Assembly: GCA_027310185.1 (NCBI GenBank)
Contig: DAIDBH010000019.1
Location: 32,001 to 96,000, forward strand
Length of the DNA: 64,000 nucleotides
Source of the DNA: Thermoplasmatales archaeon
GTDB lineage: Archaea; Thermoplasmatota; Thermoplasmata; Thermoplasmatales; Thermoplasmataceae
Direction: 5' to 3'
Both the position numbers and the translations under genes were made by a program. A model generated the notes under the pieces. It did not search any database, was not told where the DNA came from, and saw only the letters and a list, made by a program, of their open reading frames with translations. Positions 20,085-30,208 of this stretch are shown in pieces (position 1 is the first letter of the stretch; each line of letters starts with the position of its first letter).

Positions 20085-21459
20085 ACGGTTTGCTGCTCTT
20101 CATACTCTGTTTTACCTTACCTGATATTCTAGTTTCAAAAATATAGGTAAGAATAATTGAGATGAAGAATGAAATTACATAGCTAAAATCAACACCGGAA
20201 GTTGCAGAGTAAAATGGTATGTATATACCAAAATAATACTGAATAGTATCCATGAATGGAATGGAGATGCCAATTGAAAGTAGATAGGCTATAATAGGGT
20301 TCCAGTTTATGTTAGCATAAAAGCCTCCTTTCCTCTTAACAAGGAAGAATTCTGCTATCATGACACCAATCCACGGCGTTATCCAGTAATCAAGAACATA
20401 AAGGAATCCCTCAAAATAGGAGGAGAATGTATTATAAAAGATGAATCCCATTGCAACCGTGAGTATTCCTATGGCCAGGATGATATAATTTCTGCCGTTT
20501 TTAAAACCAAGAGACCTTATGGACATAAGATTGGAATAAAGATTAAGTGAGTTTGCAGCAAGACCACCGAGAAAGAGTGTAAGTGATCCGAGTATCCAGA
20601 ATCCACCCAGTAATGGCACAAACAGCCTGTTTGAAAACACTCCACTCAGATTCAAATCAATCCCTACGTAAAAGCCTATAAGTTCAACCAGAAATGACGC
20701 TAGTGCAGTACCCAAAAATGTATAAATGAAGGCTTTTGCTGATGAAAACTGGCCTTTCTGTGTATATCTGGAATAGTCTGCTGCATAAGGGCCCCAAGAC
20801 ATGATGTAAGAAAACGACAGCATAATTATGGAAGCAAATGAAATTATTGAAAAAGTGCCTGTATATGAAGAGATGAACCCTGAAGGACTGGTAATAATTG
20901 AATATGTCAGTATCACAAAAAGTATTCCGAGAACAACGGACATTATCTTCTCGAATGCTTTGATTGACCTGTGACCGAAAATTATTGTCACTGCTATTAC
21001 AGCCATCACAATTATGAGCGATGTAATTTCAAGAAGATTAATGCCCATGAAGCTTGGGTTGTAAGAATCTCTTGAACTGAGAATGAACTGTAGTGCTCTT
21101 GATGATATGATTAGGTTGACTGACAACCATCCAATGGTGTTCATGAACTGGAGCAGGGAAAATATCTTTCCGCCTCCTTTCCCGAATGATTTTTTTGATA
21201 TTTCCATCTGTCCCATGCCACTTGTTGGACCGAGATGGCTCATGAAAGCAACGAGCAATCCTCCAAAAACGTTCGCTATTAAAAGTGCTATAACAGTATA
21301 ATAAACTGTCAGTCCATAGGACTCAACCAGGACTCCAAGTGCAAAATCAGCAACTGTAAGATTTGATCCGAACCAGAGGTAGAAGAGAGCATTTGGTTTC
21401 ATTGTTCTCTGGCCGTTTTCAAGGGTTCCAAGAAGCGTTTCATCGCTATGTTCTGACAT
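20065..21459 (-). CDS. Purine-cytosine permease (NCS1 family)
   Basis: WFGSNL and SWGPYAADYSRY motifs, about 12 TM helices. Confidence 0.9.
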   Translation of the reverse strand: MSEHSDETLLGTLENGQRTMKPNALFYLWFGSNLTVADFALGVLVESYGLTVYYTVIALLIANVFGGLLVAFMSHLGPTSGMGQMEISKKSFGKGGGKIFSLLQFMNTIGWLSVNLIISSRALQFILSSRDSYNPSFMGINLLEITSLIIVMAVIAVTIIFGHRSIKAFEKIMSVVLGILFVILTYSIITSPSGFISSYTGTFSIISFASIIMLSFSYIMSWGPYAADYSRYTQKGQFSSAKAFIYTFLGTALASFLVELIGFYVGIDLNLSGVFSNRLFVPLLGGFWILGSLTLFLGGLAANSLNLYSNLMSIRSLGFKNGRNYIILAIGILTVAMGFIFYNTFSSYFEGFLYVLDYWITPWIGVMIAEFFLVKRKGGFYANINWNPIIAYLLSIGISIPFMDTIQYYFGIYIPFYSATSGVDFSYVISFFISIILTYIFETRISGKVKQSMKSSKPFSDSGE

Positions 21460-21571
21460 TCTTATCCCTTATCAATTAGTTAAATTAAATCTATGTGGTA
21501 TTGAAATACGAGACACCCGTTTAAAATATTTGCATAAAATAAAAATATATATTAAGAGTCAATAAGGAAAG

Positions 21572-22075
21572 GTGGATATCCAAAGAAAGATAGAAGCTAT
21601 CCTGTTCGCAGCGGAAGAACCTGTAGGTATAACAGAAATATCCTCAATCCTGCTGGAAGACCAGAATATGATAAAGAAGGAGTTGAGGAAACTGATAAGG
21701 GAATACGCTGGAAGGGAAACCTGTATAACAATAAGCAATGCAGGAAAGAAATACAGGATGGTCCTTAAAAATGAATATTCAGATCTGGTAAAAGGTGTAG
21801 CAAAGCCAGAATTATCTCCTGAACAGATCAGGTTGCTCACCCTAATACTCAACAATGACAGAACCATGAAGGGGGAAGTCAAGGAGAAGTTCAAGATGCA
21901 GGGTGACTTCCTGGTACACTCCCTGAAGAGAGCAGGATTTATTAAATCAGTTAAATATCGTAATACAGAAATTTACGAATTAACCGGTAAATTTTATAAA
22001 TATTTTAATATGGATAAAAAGAAGATACCTGTAAACAGGGAGGATGAAAGGGGGAGTGAGATAAAAGATGAGTGA
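21572..22075 (+). CDS. scpB: SMC-Scp complex subunit ScpB
   Basis: IEAILFAAEEP N-terminus and YELTGKFYKYF near the C-terminus. Confidence 0.88.
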   Translation: MDIQRKIEAILFAAEEPVGITEISSILLEDQNMIKKELRKLIREYAGRETCITISNAGKKYRMVLKNEYSDLVKGVAKPELSPEQIRLLTLILNNDRTMKGEVKEKFKMQGDFLVHSLKRAGFIKSVKYRNTEIYELTGKFYKYFNMDKKKIPVNREDERGSEIKDE

Positions 22076-23390
22076 AGTAATTGCAATTGTAGGTGGTGGT
22101 GGAAGGGAAGATGCTCTTGCGAGAAGGTTGTTTCAGGATGGGGCAGAGCTGATCTCCATAATGCCAAATGACAACCCATCAATAAGATCAATAAGCAGTG
22201 AATCGCTAGTAACAAAATCCATGGATACTGATCTAATAGCGAGATTCATAATCGACAAGAAGCCAGATCTCGTATATGTAAGTCCAGACGGTTACCTTGA
22301 AACCAATCTGGTTGACAAACTTGAATACAACAAGATCAAGGTTGCAAGTCCAACGTCAGCATCATTCCAGATCGAGAGTTCAAAAATCTTCATGAGACAG
22401 CTTATGAAGAGGTACGGAATTCCGGGAAACCTTAAATATGAGGTTCTGGACAATGAATATGATATACAGAAAATGCTTTCAAACACGAATCTTGAATTCG
22501 CCATAAAGCCCTCCGGATTAACAGGAGGAAAAGGGGTAAAGATAACTGACCAGCATTTCAACAGCAGGGCCGAAGCCATAGGATACGCCCAGGAGGTTTT
22601 CCGTAGGGATAAGAAGGTGCTTATTGAAGAAGCCGTATATGGGGAGGAATTCTCAATGCAACTGTTTACGGATGGTGTAAACTCAATCTTTGCTCCTGTC
22701 GCACAGGACTATAAGAGATTATACGAGAACGACCTCGGACCAAACACCGGGGGAATGGGTTCAATAACCGATATAGAACTCAAGCTTCCCTTCATGAGAC
22801 CGGGGATATATGAAAGAGCAAAAGATATTTCCAAGAGGTTTATAGAAGCACTTTTCCAGGATGGATTGCTTTTCCGTGGAGTCCTTTATGTTCAATTCAT
22901 GCAAACGAAAGATGATCTGAAGGTAATAGAAGTTAATGGAAGGCTTGCCGATCCGGAAGGGATGAATATAGTCACGCTTATGGAAGGTAATTCAGTTGAT
23001 TTAATGTTCAAGATAGCTGATGCAGATCTCAAGAGCACAAAGATCACCTTCAGGAGGAAAGCTTCTGTATTGAAATATCTTGTCCCGGAAGGTTATGGCA
23101 TAAACCCAAAGCCTGGAACCCTTAATATAAATACCAAAGACCTTCCTGACCATGTACATATCTTCTATTCATCCGTTGAAGGTGAGCTTGAAGAGGTCAA
23201 GATGACAAATTCAAGAGCTATAGCCATAATGACAGAGGCAGATTCCATACCTGAGGCATCGAACATGGTGGAATTGAATCTTTGGAGAATAAGAGGAGGA
23301 TATTACATGAGGCACGATATAGGCACGAAAGAATCAATAAATAAAAAGATAGAAATGGCCAGAACCGGGAATTACAAATTCACTCACTGA
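22068..23390 (+). CDS. purD: Phosphoribosylamine-glycine ligase
   Basis: GGGGRE, KPSGLTGGKGV, QDYKR...GPNTGGMG and RLADPE motifs. Confidence 0.96.
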   Translation: MSEVIAIVGGGGREDALARRLFQDGAELISIMPNDNPSIRSISSESLVTKSMDTDLIARFIIDKKPDLVYVSPDGYLETNLVDKLEYNKIKVASPTSASFQIESSKIFMRQLMKRYGIPGNLKYEVLDNEYDIQKMLSNTNLEFAIKPSGLTGGKGVKITDQHFNSRAEAIGYAQEVFRRDKKVLIEEAVYGEEFSMQLFTDGVNSIFAPVAQDYKRLYENDLGPNTGGMGSITDIELKLPFMRPGIYERAKDISKRFIEALFQDGLLFRGVLYVQFMQTKDDLKVIEVNGRLADPEGMNIVTLMEGNSVDLMFKIADADLKSTKITFRRKASVLKYLVPEGYGINPKPGTLNINTKDLPDHVHIFYSSVEGELEEVKMTNSRAIAIMTEADSIPEASNMVELNLWRIRGGYYMRHDIGTKESINKKIEMARTGNYKFTH

Positions 23391-24294
23391 GCTTGTCGAT
23401 CCTCCCAATCACCCTGGGTTTTGCATTAGGTTTTATCAGAATATAATCATCCCAGGGAAGTACAGGTTTATCCATTGTAATTTTGCCATTCTCCATAATA
23501 CCACGGGAATAGATGAAGTGACCTGAAACGAATACTTCTCCATCCTTCCGTGCATCTTCTGGAACAGCCCTGTGAAACTTTATATTCCCCCTAATCTCCT
23601 TTAATGGAATTTCTATCTCCTCGGAGAGGGTTGCTCCTCGGTCGATAGATTCTATATCTGCATTTTTCAGGGCTATTCCAACTCTAGATCCAGCTGGGGC
23701 CTCATCAAAATCAACATCGTTCATCTGTATTGATCTAACCTGGACCTGAACTCCGGCAGGATTGAGATAAAGTGTTTGATGCTTCTTCAGTGTCCCAGAT
23801 AGTACGAATCCCAGAATGACTGTACCAACGCTTTTAACCTTGAAGAAGTGATCTATTATAACCTTCACATTACCCGTTGGATCTGGTTTCACAATATTTC
23901 TATCAAGAGTTTCTAGCATGTCCATGGCATTACCATCGTACATCCTGTAATTTTCAAGATTTGAACCTTTTATGATACTCTTTAATTTTCCAGTATCTGT
24001 GAACGAATCAGTAATGAATAAGCCATTTTTCTTGTTCATAAGGTCAGCACATATAATATTCTCCCCAAGGAACCCATCGAATTTCCTCCCATTTATAAGG
24101 CAGTAGTCCGAGAGTGTCATGCTGTCTGTCAGTGAAGAAATCTTATCTGGATACCTCAACGGAGAAAACAGTGTTATGTTTCCTTTCTCATCTTTTCTTC
24201 CATAAATCGTTATATCACTTTCCGTGTGCTTCTTCACTATACTCTTGATAAAATCTTCAAGATCATATGCAAACAGTTTCAAATCACTCATCAT
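23380..24294 (-). CDS. SelB-like/EF-Tu domain-2 protein with degenerate G domain
   Basis: IDHFFKVKSVGTVILG, VRSIQ and RVGIALK motifs. No GTP-binding P-loop. Confidence 0.8.
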   Translation of the reverse strand: MMSDLKLFAYDLEDFIKSIVKKHTESDITIYGRKDEKGNITLFSPLRYPDKISSLTDSMTLSDYCLINGRKFDGFLGENIICADLMNKKNGLFITDSFTDTGKLKSIIKGSNLENYRMYDGNAMDMLETLDRNIVKPDPTGNVKVIIDHFFKVKSVGTVILGFVLSGTLKKHQTLYLNPAGVQVQVRSIQMNDVDFDEAPAGSRVGIALKNADIESIDRGATLSEEIEIPLKEIRGNIKFHRAVPEDARKDGEVFVSGHFIYSRGIMENGKITMDKPVLPWDDYILIKPNAKPRVIGRIDKLSE

Positions 24295-25165
24295 TCATCA
24301 TCTCCGTACACTCCCTTATTGTTTCCACCATAAGGCTTGAATTATTTGGAAGTTCAGCCCTCCTGTATCCCATACCCTTATCTAAAACCTTTTTCCCGAA
24401 CAGAAAGTCAAGATCATACAGCACTTCCAGGTGATCGTAAATAAAGCCTATGGGTACTGTAACGATATTATTATACCTGCCTTGCTCAATACCTTCAAGT
24501 ACCTGATAAACACTTGGTTCCAGCCATGTTTTTCCGTATGATCCCCTGCTCTGAAATGCAAAATTAAACTCCTTTATTCCAAGGCTCCCTGCAATCTGCC
24601 CGGACCAGTTCTTGAATATATTGTAATATTCGGTTTCCTGCTCTATGGTGTGTGGTAGACTGTGGGCGCTGAAAAGGAGGAAATCCCCATCTCTATAAGT
24701 CTTCTTCACAGACTCAACCCAGTATTGAGTAAGACTGGGCGCATCTGTCATGCCACTTACCAGGCGTACCTGAGGATTATAATCTAATTTTTTAAGTACC
24801 CTATGGAATGGGTCTATGTAGCTTCCCTGGATACTCGTGTTCCTGATGGGAAAAAGTGGAAGTAGGTTTATCCGTTCGTAACCCCTATCTCTGAGTTGAA
24901 TGACGATCTCCTCGATTGAAGGCTTCCAGTGCTTGAAAGCCATATAAACGTCCATTTCACTTATTGAATTCCTAACCTGTTCCGTGAGCTTTCTGAGGAT
25001 TTCACTGGACGGAGACTTGAATCCAAATCTCGAATACTTGTTTTCTGTCTCATCTATGGCAAATTTTGGTGGTTCCCTACCCCCATATACATCTCTCAGG
25101 TAATCCATTATATCTTCTTTTCTTTCCGGGCTTCCGTAAGCCATCATAAGTAAGGCATTTTTCAT
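24284..25165 (-). CDS. hemH: Ferrochelatase
   Basis: MAYGSP, FSAHSLP, FQS...WLEP and GFIYDHLEVLYDLD motifs. Confidence 0.93.
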   Translation of the reverse strand: MKNALLMMAYGSPERKEDIMDYLRDVYGGREPPKFAIDETENKYSRFGFKSPSSEILRKLTEQVRNSISEMDVYMAFKHWKPSIEEIVIQLRDRGYERINLLPLFPIRNTSIQGSYIDPFHRVLKKLDYNPQVRLVSGMTDAPSLTQYWVESVKKTYRDGDFLLFSAHSLPHTIEQETEYYNIFKNWSGQIAGSLGIKEFNFAFQSRGSYGKTWLEPSVYQVLEGIEQGRYNNIVTVPIGFIYDHLEVLYDLDFLFGKKVLDKGMGYRRAELPNNSSLMVETIRECTEMMNDE

Positions 25166-26148
25166 CCTATCACTTCGTGTATTTTCCTAACAAGTGTTCG
25201 TGCATTCTCAGGGTCTGTATCAGGTAGTATCCCGTGACCCAGATTAAATATGAACCTGTTAAAATCTCTCATTTCCTTCACAATTTTAATGCTTTTGTCA
25301 ATAGTTTTGTCCAGAGATGATGAAAGAACAGCCGGATCAAGATTTCCCTGCAATCCTATATTTCCAAAATTTTCAGCAATCTCCTTTAATGAACATCTCC
25401 AGTCCAGACTGAGAAAATCAGCGTTCCCTTTTTTCAATGATTCCATCATTCCTGAAGTACCTGTTGAAAAATATATGGATTTTGCTCCATTATTCTTGAT
25501 TTCTTTCGTTATCTTGCTTACCGTTGTGTTAATAATAAGTTCAACATAATCTGGGTCCAGAAAACCTAGCCAGCTATCAAAGATCTGTATAACCCTGGCA
25601 CCTGCGGCCACCTGGGATTGAGCATCCTTCACGATTATGTCTGTGATTCCATTGAGTAAATCCCTCATTTCATTCTCATCCTTTAAAAGTTTTGTCTTCG
25701 TTTTCTTCAGGTCCCTGTCAGGTCCCCCTGATATTATATATGAAGCAATGGTCAAGGGTCCACCGACAAATCCAATTATTGGAATTGTACTGTAGTTCCG
25801 GACAAAGTTTTTTACGGCCCTTCCGGAATATGAAATAAATTCATTTGAGATACTAGAGGATTTCTCAGGCACTGGACCAACATTTTCTATATATTTTATC
25901 CTGTAACCCATGTTTTCCAGTGGTGTCATTATGTCAGAAAATATTATTGCAGCATCAGTACCAAGAAACGAAGCTGCTTCATAGGCTATTGTGGATGATA
26001 CATCAGGAAGATGGCAGATCTCCTCCATCGTATATTTTTTTCTTAACTGGCGATAGGATTCCATATATCTTCCTGCCTGCCTCATGAACCAGACCGGGGT
26101 AAGATCATGTTCCTTACCTTCCAGGGTAGAATAAAACGTATTAACCAT
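25162..26148 (-). CDS. hemE: Uroporphyrinogen decarboxylase
   Basis: PVWFMRQAGRY, FSDI, QIFDSW, QGNLDP and NLGHG motifs. Confidence 0.96.
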   Translation of the reverse strand: MVNTFYSTLEGKEHDLTPVWFMRQAGRYMESYRQLRKKYTMEEICHLPDVSSTIAYEAASFLGTDAAIIFSDIMTPLENMGYRIKYIENVGPVPEKSSSISNEFISYSGRAVKNFVRNYSTIPIIGFVGGPLTIASYIISGGPDRDLKKTKTKLLKDENEMRDLLNGITDIIVKDAQSQVAAGARVIQIFDSWLGFLDPDYVELIINTTVSKITKEIKNNGAKSIYFSTGTSGMMESLKKGNADFLSLDWRCSLKEIAENFGNIGLQGNLDPAVLSSSLDKTIDKSIKIVKEMRDFNRFIFNLGHGILPDTDPENARTLVRKIHEVIG

Positions 26149-27438
26149 TTATGGTCTCAGTCTTCTTATTGTTCTGGGATAGGCTATAGCCCCTGTAATC
26201 TTGTCCAGATGCATTATCCACATGGCAAGTCTGTCCATTCCCAGCCCAAATCCAGAGTGAGGAACACTGCCATATTTCCTTAGATCCAGGTACCAGTAGT
26301 AATCCTCCTCCACGAGTCCATTATCATCTATTCTTTTCTTCAGCAGGTCATAGTCCCATATTCTCTCGCCTCCTCCAAGTATCTCACCATATCCTTCGGG
26401 GGCAAGAAGATCGTGACACAATATCTCATCTGGTTTTGCAGGATTTGGTTGGTGGTAAAATGTTTTTAGTGATGCAGGAAAATCGGTGACAAATATGGGC
26501 GTCTTGAAGTTTGACATTATCTGCCTCTCCTCATCTGCTCCTAGATCATCCCCATATTTCAGTGGCATTCCAAGGGATTCTGACATTTCTATAAGTTGCC
26601 TGTAAGGAATCCTTCTGAAAGGTTTCAAGCTTTCCTTAAGCGTATCTATGTCTCTTCCAAGTATTTTTAATTCCTCACTGTTTTCATCAAGAGTTTTCTT
26701 CACAATATAATGAAGCATCTTCTCTTCAATTTCCATCATCTGCTGATTGTTTACCCAGGCAACCTCTCCTTCTGCATGCCAGTATTCAGTTAGATGTCTC
26801 CAGGTCCTGCTCTTTTCTGCCCTGAAACTGGGGGTTATGGTATAGACTTTTTCAAGGGAGAAAATAAACGTTTCCAGATAGAACTGTGAACTCTGTGTAA
26901 GATATGCCTTTTCTCCAAAGAATGGTACACTGAATAGTGTGGAACCGCCTTCGGTAGCAGTAGACACCATTATGGGCGGTTGAACTTCATAATATCCATC
27001 ATTATCATAGAATTCCCTGAAAGCCTTAAAGATGGTCGAACGGATCTTCAGGATCGCGTTAAATTCCCTGCTCCTGATCCAAAGATGCCGGTTATCAAGT
27101 TCAAACTCCTCAGAAATATCTTTAGACACAGGAAAATTGTCATTTCTCTGATATATGGTAAATGATTTAATATTCATTTCATAACCAGTTACTGCTCTTT
27201 CATCTTTCTTCAATTCTCCACTGAAACTTACACTGCTTTCTATAGTAAGGGAGGAAATTAGCTTGAAATCTGCTTCATTGAAATTTTCGGATTTAGCTAC
27301 ACACTGAATAATACTGGAAGCATCCCTCAGAATGACAAAAACCAATTTACCTGATGTTCTAATCCTATAGACCCATCCCCTTATATCGAATTCTTTACCG
27401 GTAGATGAATCATTCAGAATGGAGGATATCTGTTCCAT
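26149..27438 (-). CDS. asnS: Asparaginyl-tRNA synthetase
   Basis: OB fold, [26 protein letters not shown] and [11 protein letters not shown] motifs. Confidence 0.92.
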   Translation of the reverse strand: MEQISSILNDSSTGKEFDIRGWVYRIRTSGKLVFVILRDASSIIQCVAKSENFNEADFKLISSLTIESSVSFSGELKKDERAVTGYEMNIKSFTIYQRNDNFPVSKDISEEFELDNRHLWIRSREFNAILKIRSTIFKAFREFYDNDGYYEVQPPIMVSTATEGGSTLFSVPFFGEKAYLTQSSQFYLETFIFSLEKVYTITPSFRAEKSRTWRHLTEYWHAEGEVAWVNNQQMMEIEEKMLHYIVKKTLDENSEELKILGRDIDTLKESLKPFRRIPYRQLIEMSESLGMPLKYGDDLGADEERQIMSNFKTPIFVTDFPASLKTFYHQPNPAKPDEILCHDLLAPEGYGEILGGGERIWDYDLLKKRIDDNGLVEEDYYWYLDLRKYGSVPHSGFGLGMDRLAMWIMHLDKITGAIAYPRTIRRLRP

Positions 27439-27452
27439 GACACCGGATTAAT

Positions 27453-28046
27453 TCAGGCAATATATATTTGTTCGAAATGTTCCAGCAATTTAGGATTCAA
27501 TAAAATTGGGTAGGAAATCCCCTTGATGATTTCATCTCTCAAAATTCCGGTATTCTCTTCAATTAATGTTAGATTCCTAACTAAAACATTTTTCGATACT
27601 TCAAACTGTCCCATCTGCCATTTTACCTGTGAGACCAATAATCCTATTATTTCCTGAAGGATCATCTTATCCCATCCCTTAGACCTCTTCCAGTAGTGTT
27701 CCATTATCTCGTGCATTTCCCAGAAACGTTCATCCTTATTCATTGCGATGAATTTCTTAATTGAAAAAGTTCTGTAGAAATTGTCATCATCATAGACATC
27801 CGCATCAAACCTGAATTTTTCATTATCTGAGTTAGAAATATCATCATCAGGATTCAGATCGTAGAAGTCAAGTTCTTCTCCATATACCGTTCTTCTAGTT
27901 ATGTGCTTTAAACCCATTCTTTCAGGGGATTTGCCATAATATCCAATTATGAGCCGCATTTCAAAAGGCGTTTCCAAGGTTTCTGGACTTATAACGTTCA
28001 ACAAGTGTTCTTGGTATTCCCTTCTGGACAAGGGAATTCCAGTCAT
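27453..28046 (-). CDS. DUF309-domain protein
   Basis: RFWEMHEIMEHYWK resembles the DUF309 HE-x-x-E-x-x-W motif. Confidence 0.7.
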   Translation of the reverse strand: MTGIPLSRREYQEHLLNVISPETLETPFEMRLIIGYYGKSPERMGLKHITRRTVYGEELDFYDLNPDDDISNSDNEKFRFDADVYDDDNFYRTFSIKKFIAMNKDERFWEMHEIMEHYWKRSKGWDKMILQEIIGLLVSQVKWQMGQFEVSKNVLVRNLTLIEENTGILRDEIIKGISYPILLNPKLLEHFEQIYIA

Positions 28047-28560
28047 CTATTATATTTCTATCAATTGCCATTGAAATCAATGACTCCGTTGGGATGTAAT
28101 ATGTGTGTGGTGCATAAGAGGTCCCAAGCAACCATGGTGGATAACTGAAGTATCCTCTGAATCTACCTGGAATAACAGGTAGAAGAATATCTGAAAGAAT
28201 GGAGGCGACCTTTTCGTTAAAATACCAGTATTTAATCTGTGTTTCACCAAATTTTATGCTAGGAACAAACATCTTCCATTTAAGGCCATACATGGAAATC
28301 TCTCCCTTGTAGATAGATGATCCACCAAACTCATCATAAATTGTCTGAGGGGGTTCCTCCTCTACGCCAGATTCAACGTTCACAATCCTTACTGGCGTTC
28401 CTTTGAACATACTGAGTCTCCTCTGGATAGAATTCTCTATCCATTCCCTCTCTTCCTCTGTTATTGTATTATCATTCCCTACCTGGTCTAGCAGATCTAT
28501 TAAATCTTCAACTGTTCCATTCAGGACAAGTTTTTGATAATACTCAGACTTTACTGCCAT
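27961..28560 (-). CDS. Hypothetical protein
   Basis: 199-aa ATG ORF with normal composition and no recognised family. Confidence 0.7.
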   Translation of the reverse strand: MAVKSEYYQKLVLNGTVEDLIDLLDQVGNDNTITEEEREWIENSIQRRLSMFKGTPVRIVNVESGVEEEPPQTIYDEFGGSSIYKGEISMYGLKWKMFVPSIKFGETQIKYWYFNEKVASILSDILLPVIPGRFRGYFSYPPWLLGTSYAPHTYYIPTESLISMAIDRNIIDDWNSLVQKGIPRTLVERYKSRNLGNAF

Positions 28561-28744
28561 TTTGATGCCTTCAGCATATCAAGATAATCTAGATATATAA
28601 CACTTATGGGACAATCAGGAACATAATTATCGGGAAAATATGTGCATGGTATTCTTGAAATGAGATATAATCAGTCATGTCAGACAGCAATATCCATCAC
28701 TCTGAAATTGGAAAACTTTTATTATATTACAACTATGGGATGAT

Positions 28745-29701
28745 ATGGAATCCAGGGAGTTAATCTCAAAGTATATCCAGGACCTAAAGGACATAGGAGA
28801 CAGAATATTTATTGTAAACTCGTCATATTATAAATCCGGGAATTTCGAAAGCAAGGACGTCTTTAAGTTCACTCCCTTCGATCTTAATCAAATGGAATTA
28901 AATATTCCACTGTCCCCTCACGAAAATATGAAGGAACTACTTTCAGATATGGGTTATGATTTCCTTATTTCAGAAGGAGTTGAATTCCTGAAATTAAAAG
29001 ACTATGCAGAGGAAGAGCAGCAGGAGGAAACAAATATAGATATACCCATAGTAGACATAAACAATCTGGGAACAATAGAGGCGATAGATCTTGCTTACAA
29101 CCTTAAACTAAAGGAACGAACAAGAGAAGAGAAAGAGCCAATAGATGTTATTGATCTTTCTTATGAAGTAAAGAATGAACTTAAGTTCCCTGATGAATTC
29201 TTTAATGATTTCCCATCAAAACTCATGGAATCACCATATCTTAACACAATGAAGAACTGCACAAAATATGGCTTTATTCAGGGGTTCAGAGTATATTACA
29301 ATTTTTATCAGCTCTCAAGCAACTCAATAGTCCCAATCTCATCCTATCCTGCTGAAATAAAATTGAGTCAGAATATTAACATTGAAGGCCTGATGATGTC
29401 ACTGCAAAGCAAGTTCAAGAGTTTCTCAGAGACTGAAGAATTTGGAATATACAACACTTACAGAATGGTCAGGAATATAAAGAATAAATACCTGATGAGG
29501 AAGGGAAAACCATGTTCAATCTCAATATTCACCAAGCCAGAGCTTGAATGGGCAGAAAGTTCCGGCCTCTTTGAAATAAATGAGGATAAGTTACAACTTT
29601 CCGAAGGTGCCGTTCCAACAGATCTTTCTGATCTTATCAATGAATATGCCATTGGAGCGGAACGAATTGTTCAAAAGTGGAAAAGTATGAAATTATTTTA
29701 A
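28745..29701 (+). CDS. Hypothetical protein
   Basis: 318-aa ATG ORF, TATA-like TTTATTATA about 25-30 nt upstream, no recognised family. Confidence 0.75.
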   Translation: MESRELISKYIQDLKDIGDRIFIVNSSYYKSGNFESKDVFKFTPFDLNQMELNIPLSPHENMKELLSDMGYDFLISEGVEFLKLKDYAEEEQQEETNIDIPIVDINNLGTIEAIDLAYNLKLKERTREEKEPIDVIDLSYEVKNELKFPDEFFNDFPSKLMESPYLNTMKNCTKYGFIQGFRVYYNFYQLSSNSIVPISSYPAEIKLSQNINIEGLMMSLQSKFKSFSETEEFGIYNTYRMVRNIKNKYLMRKGKPCSISIFTKPELEWAESSGLFEINEDKLQLSEGAVPTDLSDLINEYAIGAERIVQKWKSMKLF

Positions 29702-29704
29702 GAA

Positions 29705-30208
29705 TTAATCTTTCTTTGGCTCGTTTTCGTCGATTGTTTTACCGAAAACCTTTCCCACTTCCCTGTAGCCAATTTTCTGGTAGAAGTTCAGTGCAATAAG
29801 GTTCAATGCTGGAAACTCTGCTGTAACAACTCCTATCTTCCTTTTCCTCATTTCTGCATATAGGTGATCTAGTAGTAGATTTCCTACATTCTTCCTCCTC
29901 AGCTCAGGCATTATATAAAGATCTATGATCCTGACTTCATAGTTCGGTACATATGAAACTCTTTCCCTGACTTCTGCTTTTATAAGTCCGTAAATCTTAC
30001 TATTTGCCACGGCTACCAGGGCAATATTCTTTTTCTTATCCTTGATGCACTCCAGGTAATAGTTTTTGATTCCGGCATGGTTCTGTTCATTTGCGGTGAA
30101 GAGTGAATCAAATTCTCCATTCAATCTCTTCATCCTCAGTATGAGTTCCACAAATTGATCTATATCGCTTTCTTCTGCATTCCTTACTTCAATCTTCATT
30201 TCTTTCAT
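29705..30208 (-). CDS. GNAT acetyltransferase
   Basis: LYIMPELRRKNVG and ALNFYQKIGY motifs. Confidence 0.88.
   Translation of the reverse strand: MKEMKIEVRNAEESDIDQFVELILRMKRLNGEFDSLFTANEQNHAGIKNYYLECIKDKKKNIALVAVANSKIYGLIKAEVRERVSYVPNYEVRIIDLYIMPELRRKNVGNLLLDHLYAEMRKRKIGVVTAEFPALNLIALNFYQKIGYREVGKVFGKTIDENEPKKD

Noticed and set aside
23380-24294. True selenocysteine elongation factor SelB
   Set aside because: No GTPase motifs, too short, and no other Sec machinery in the window.
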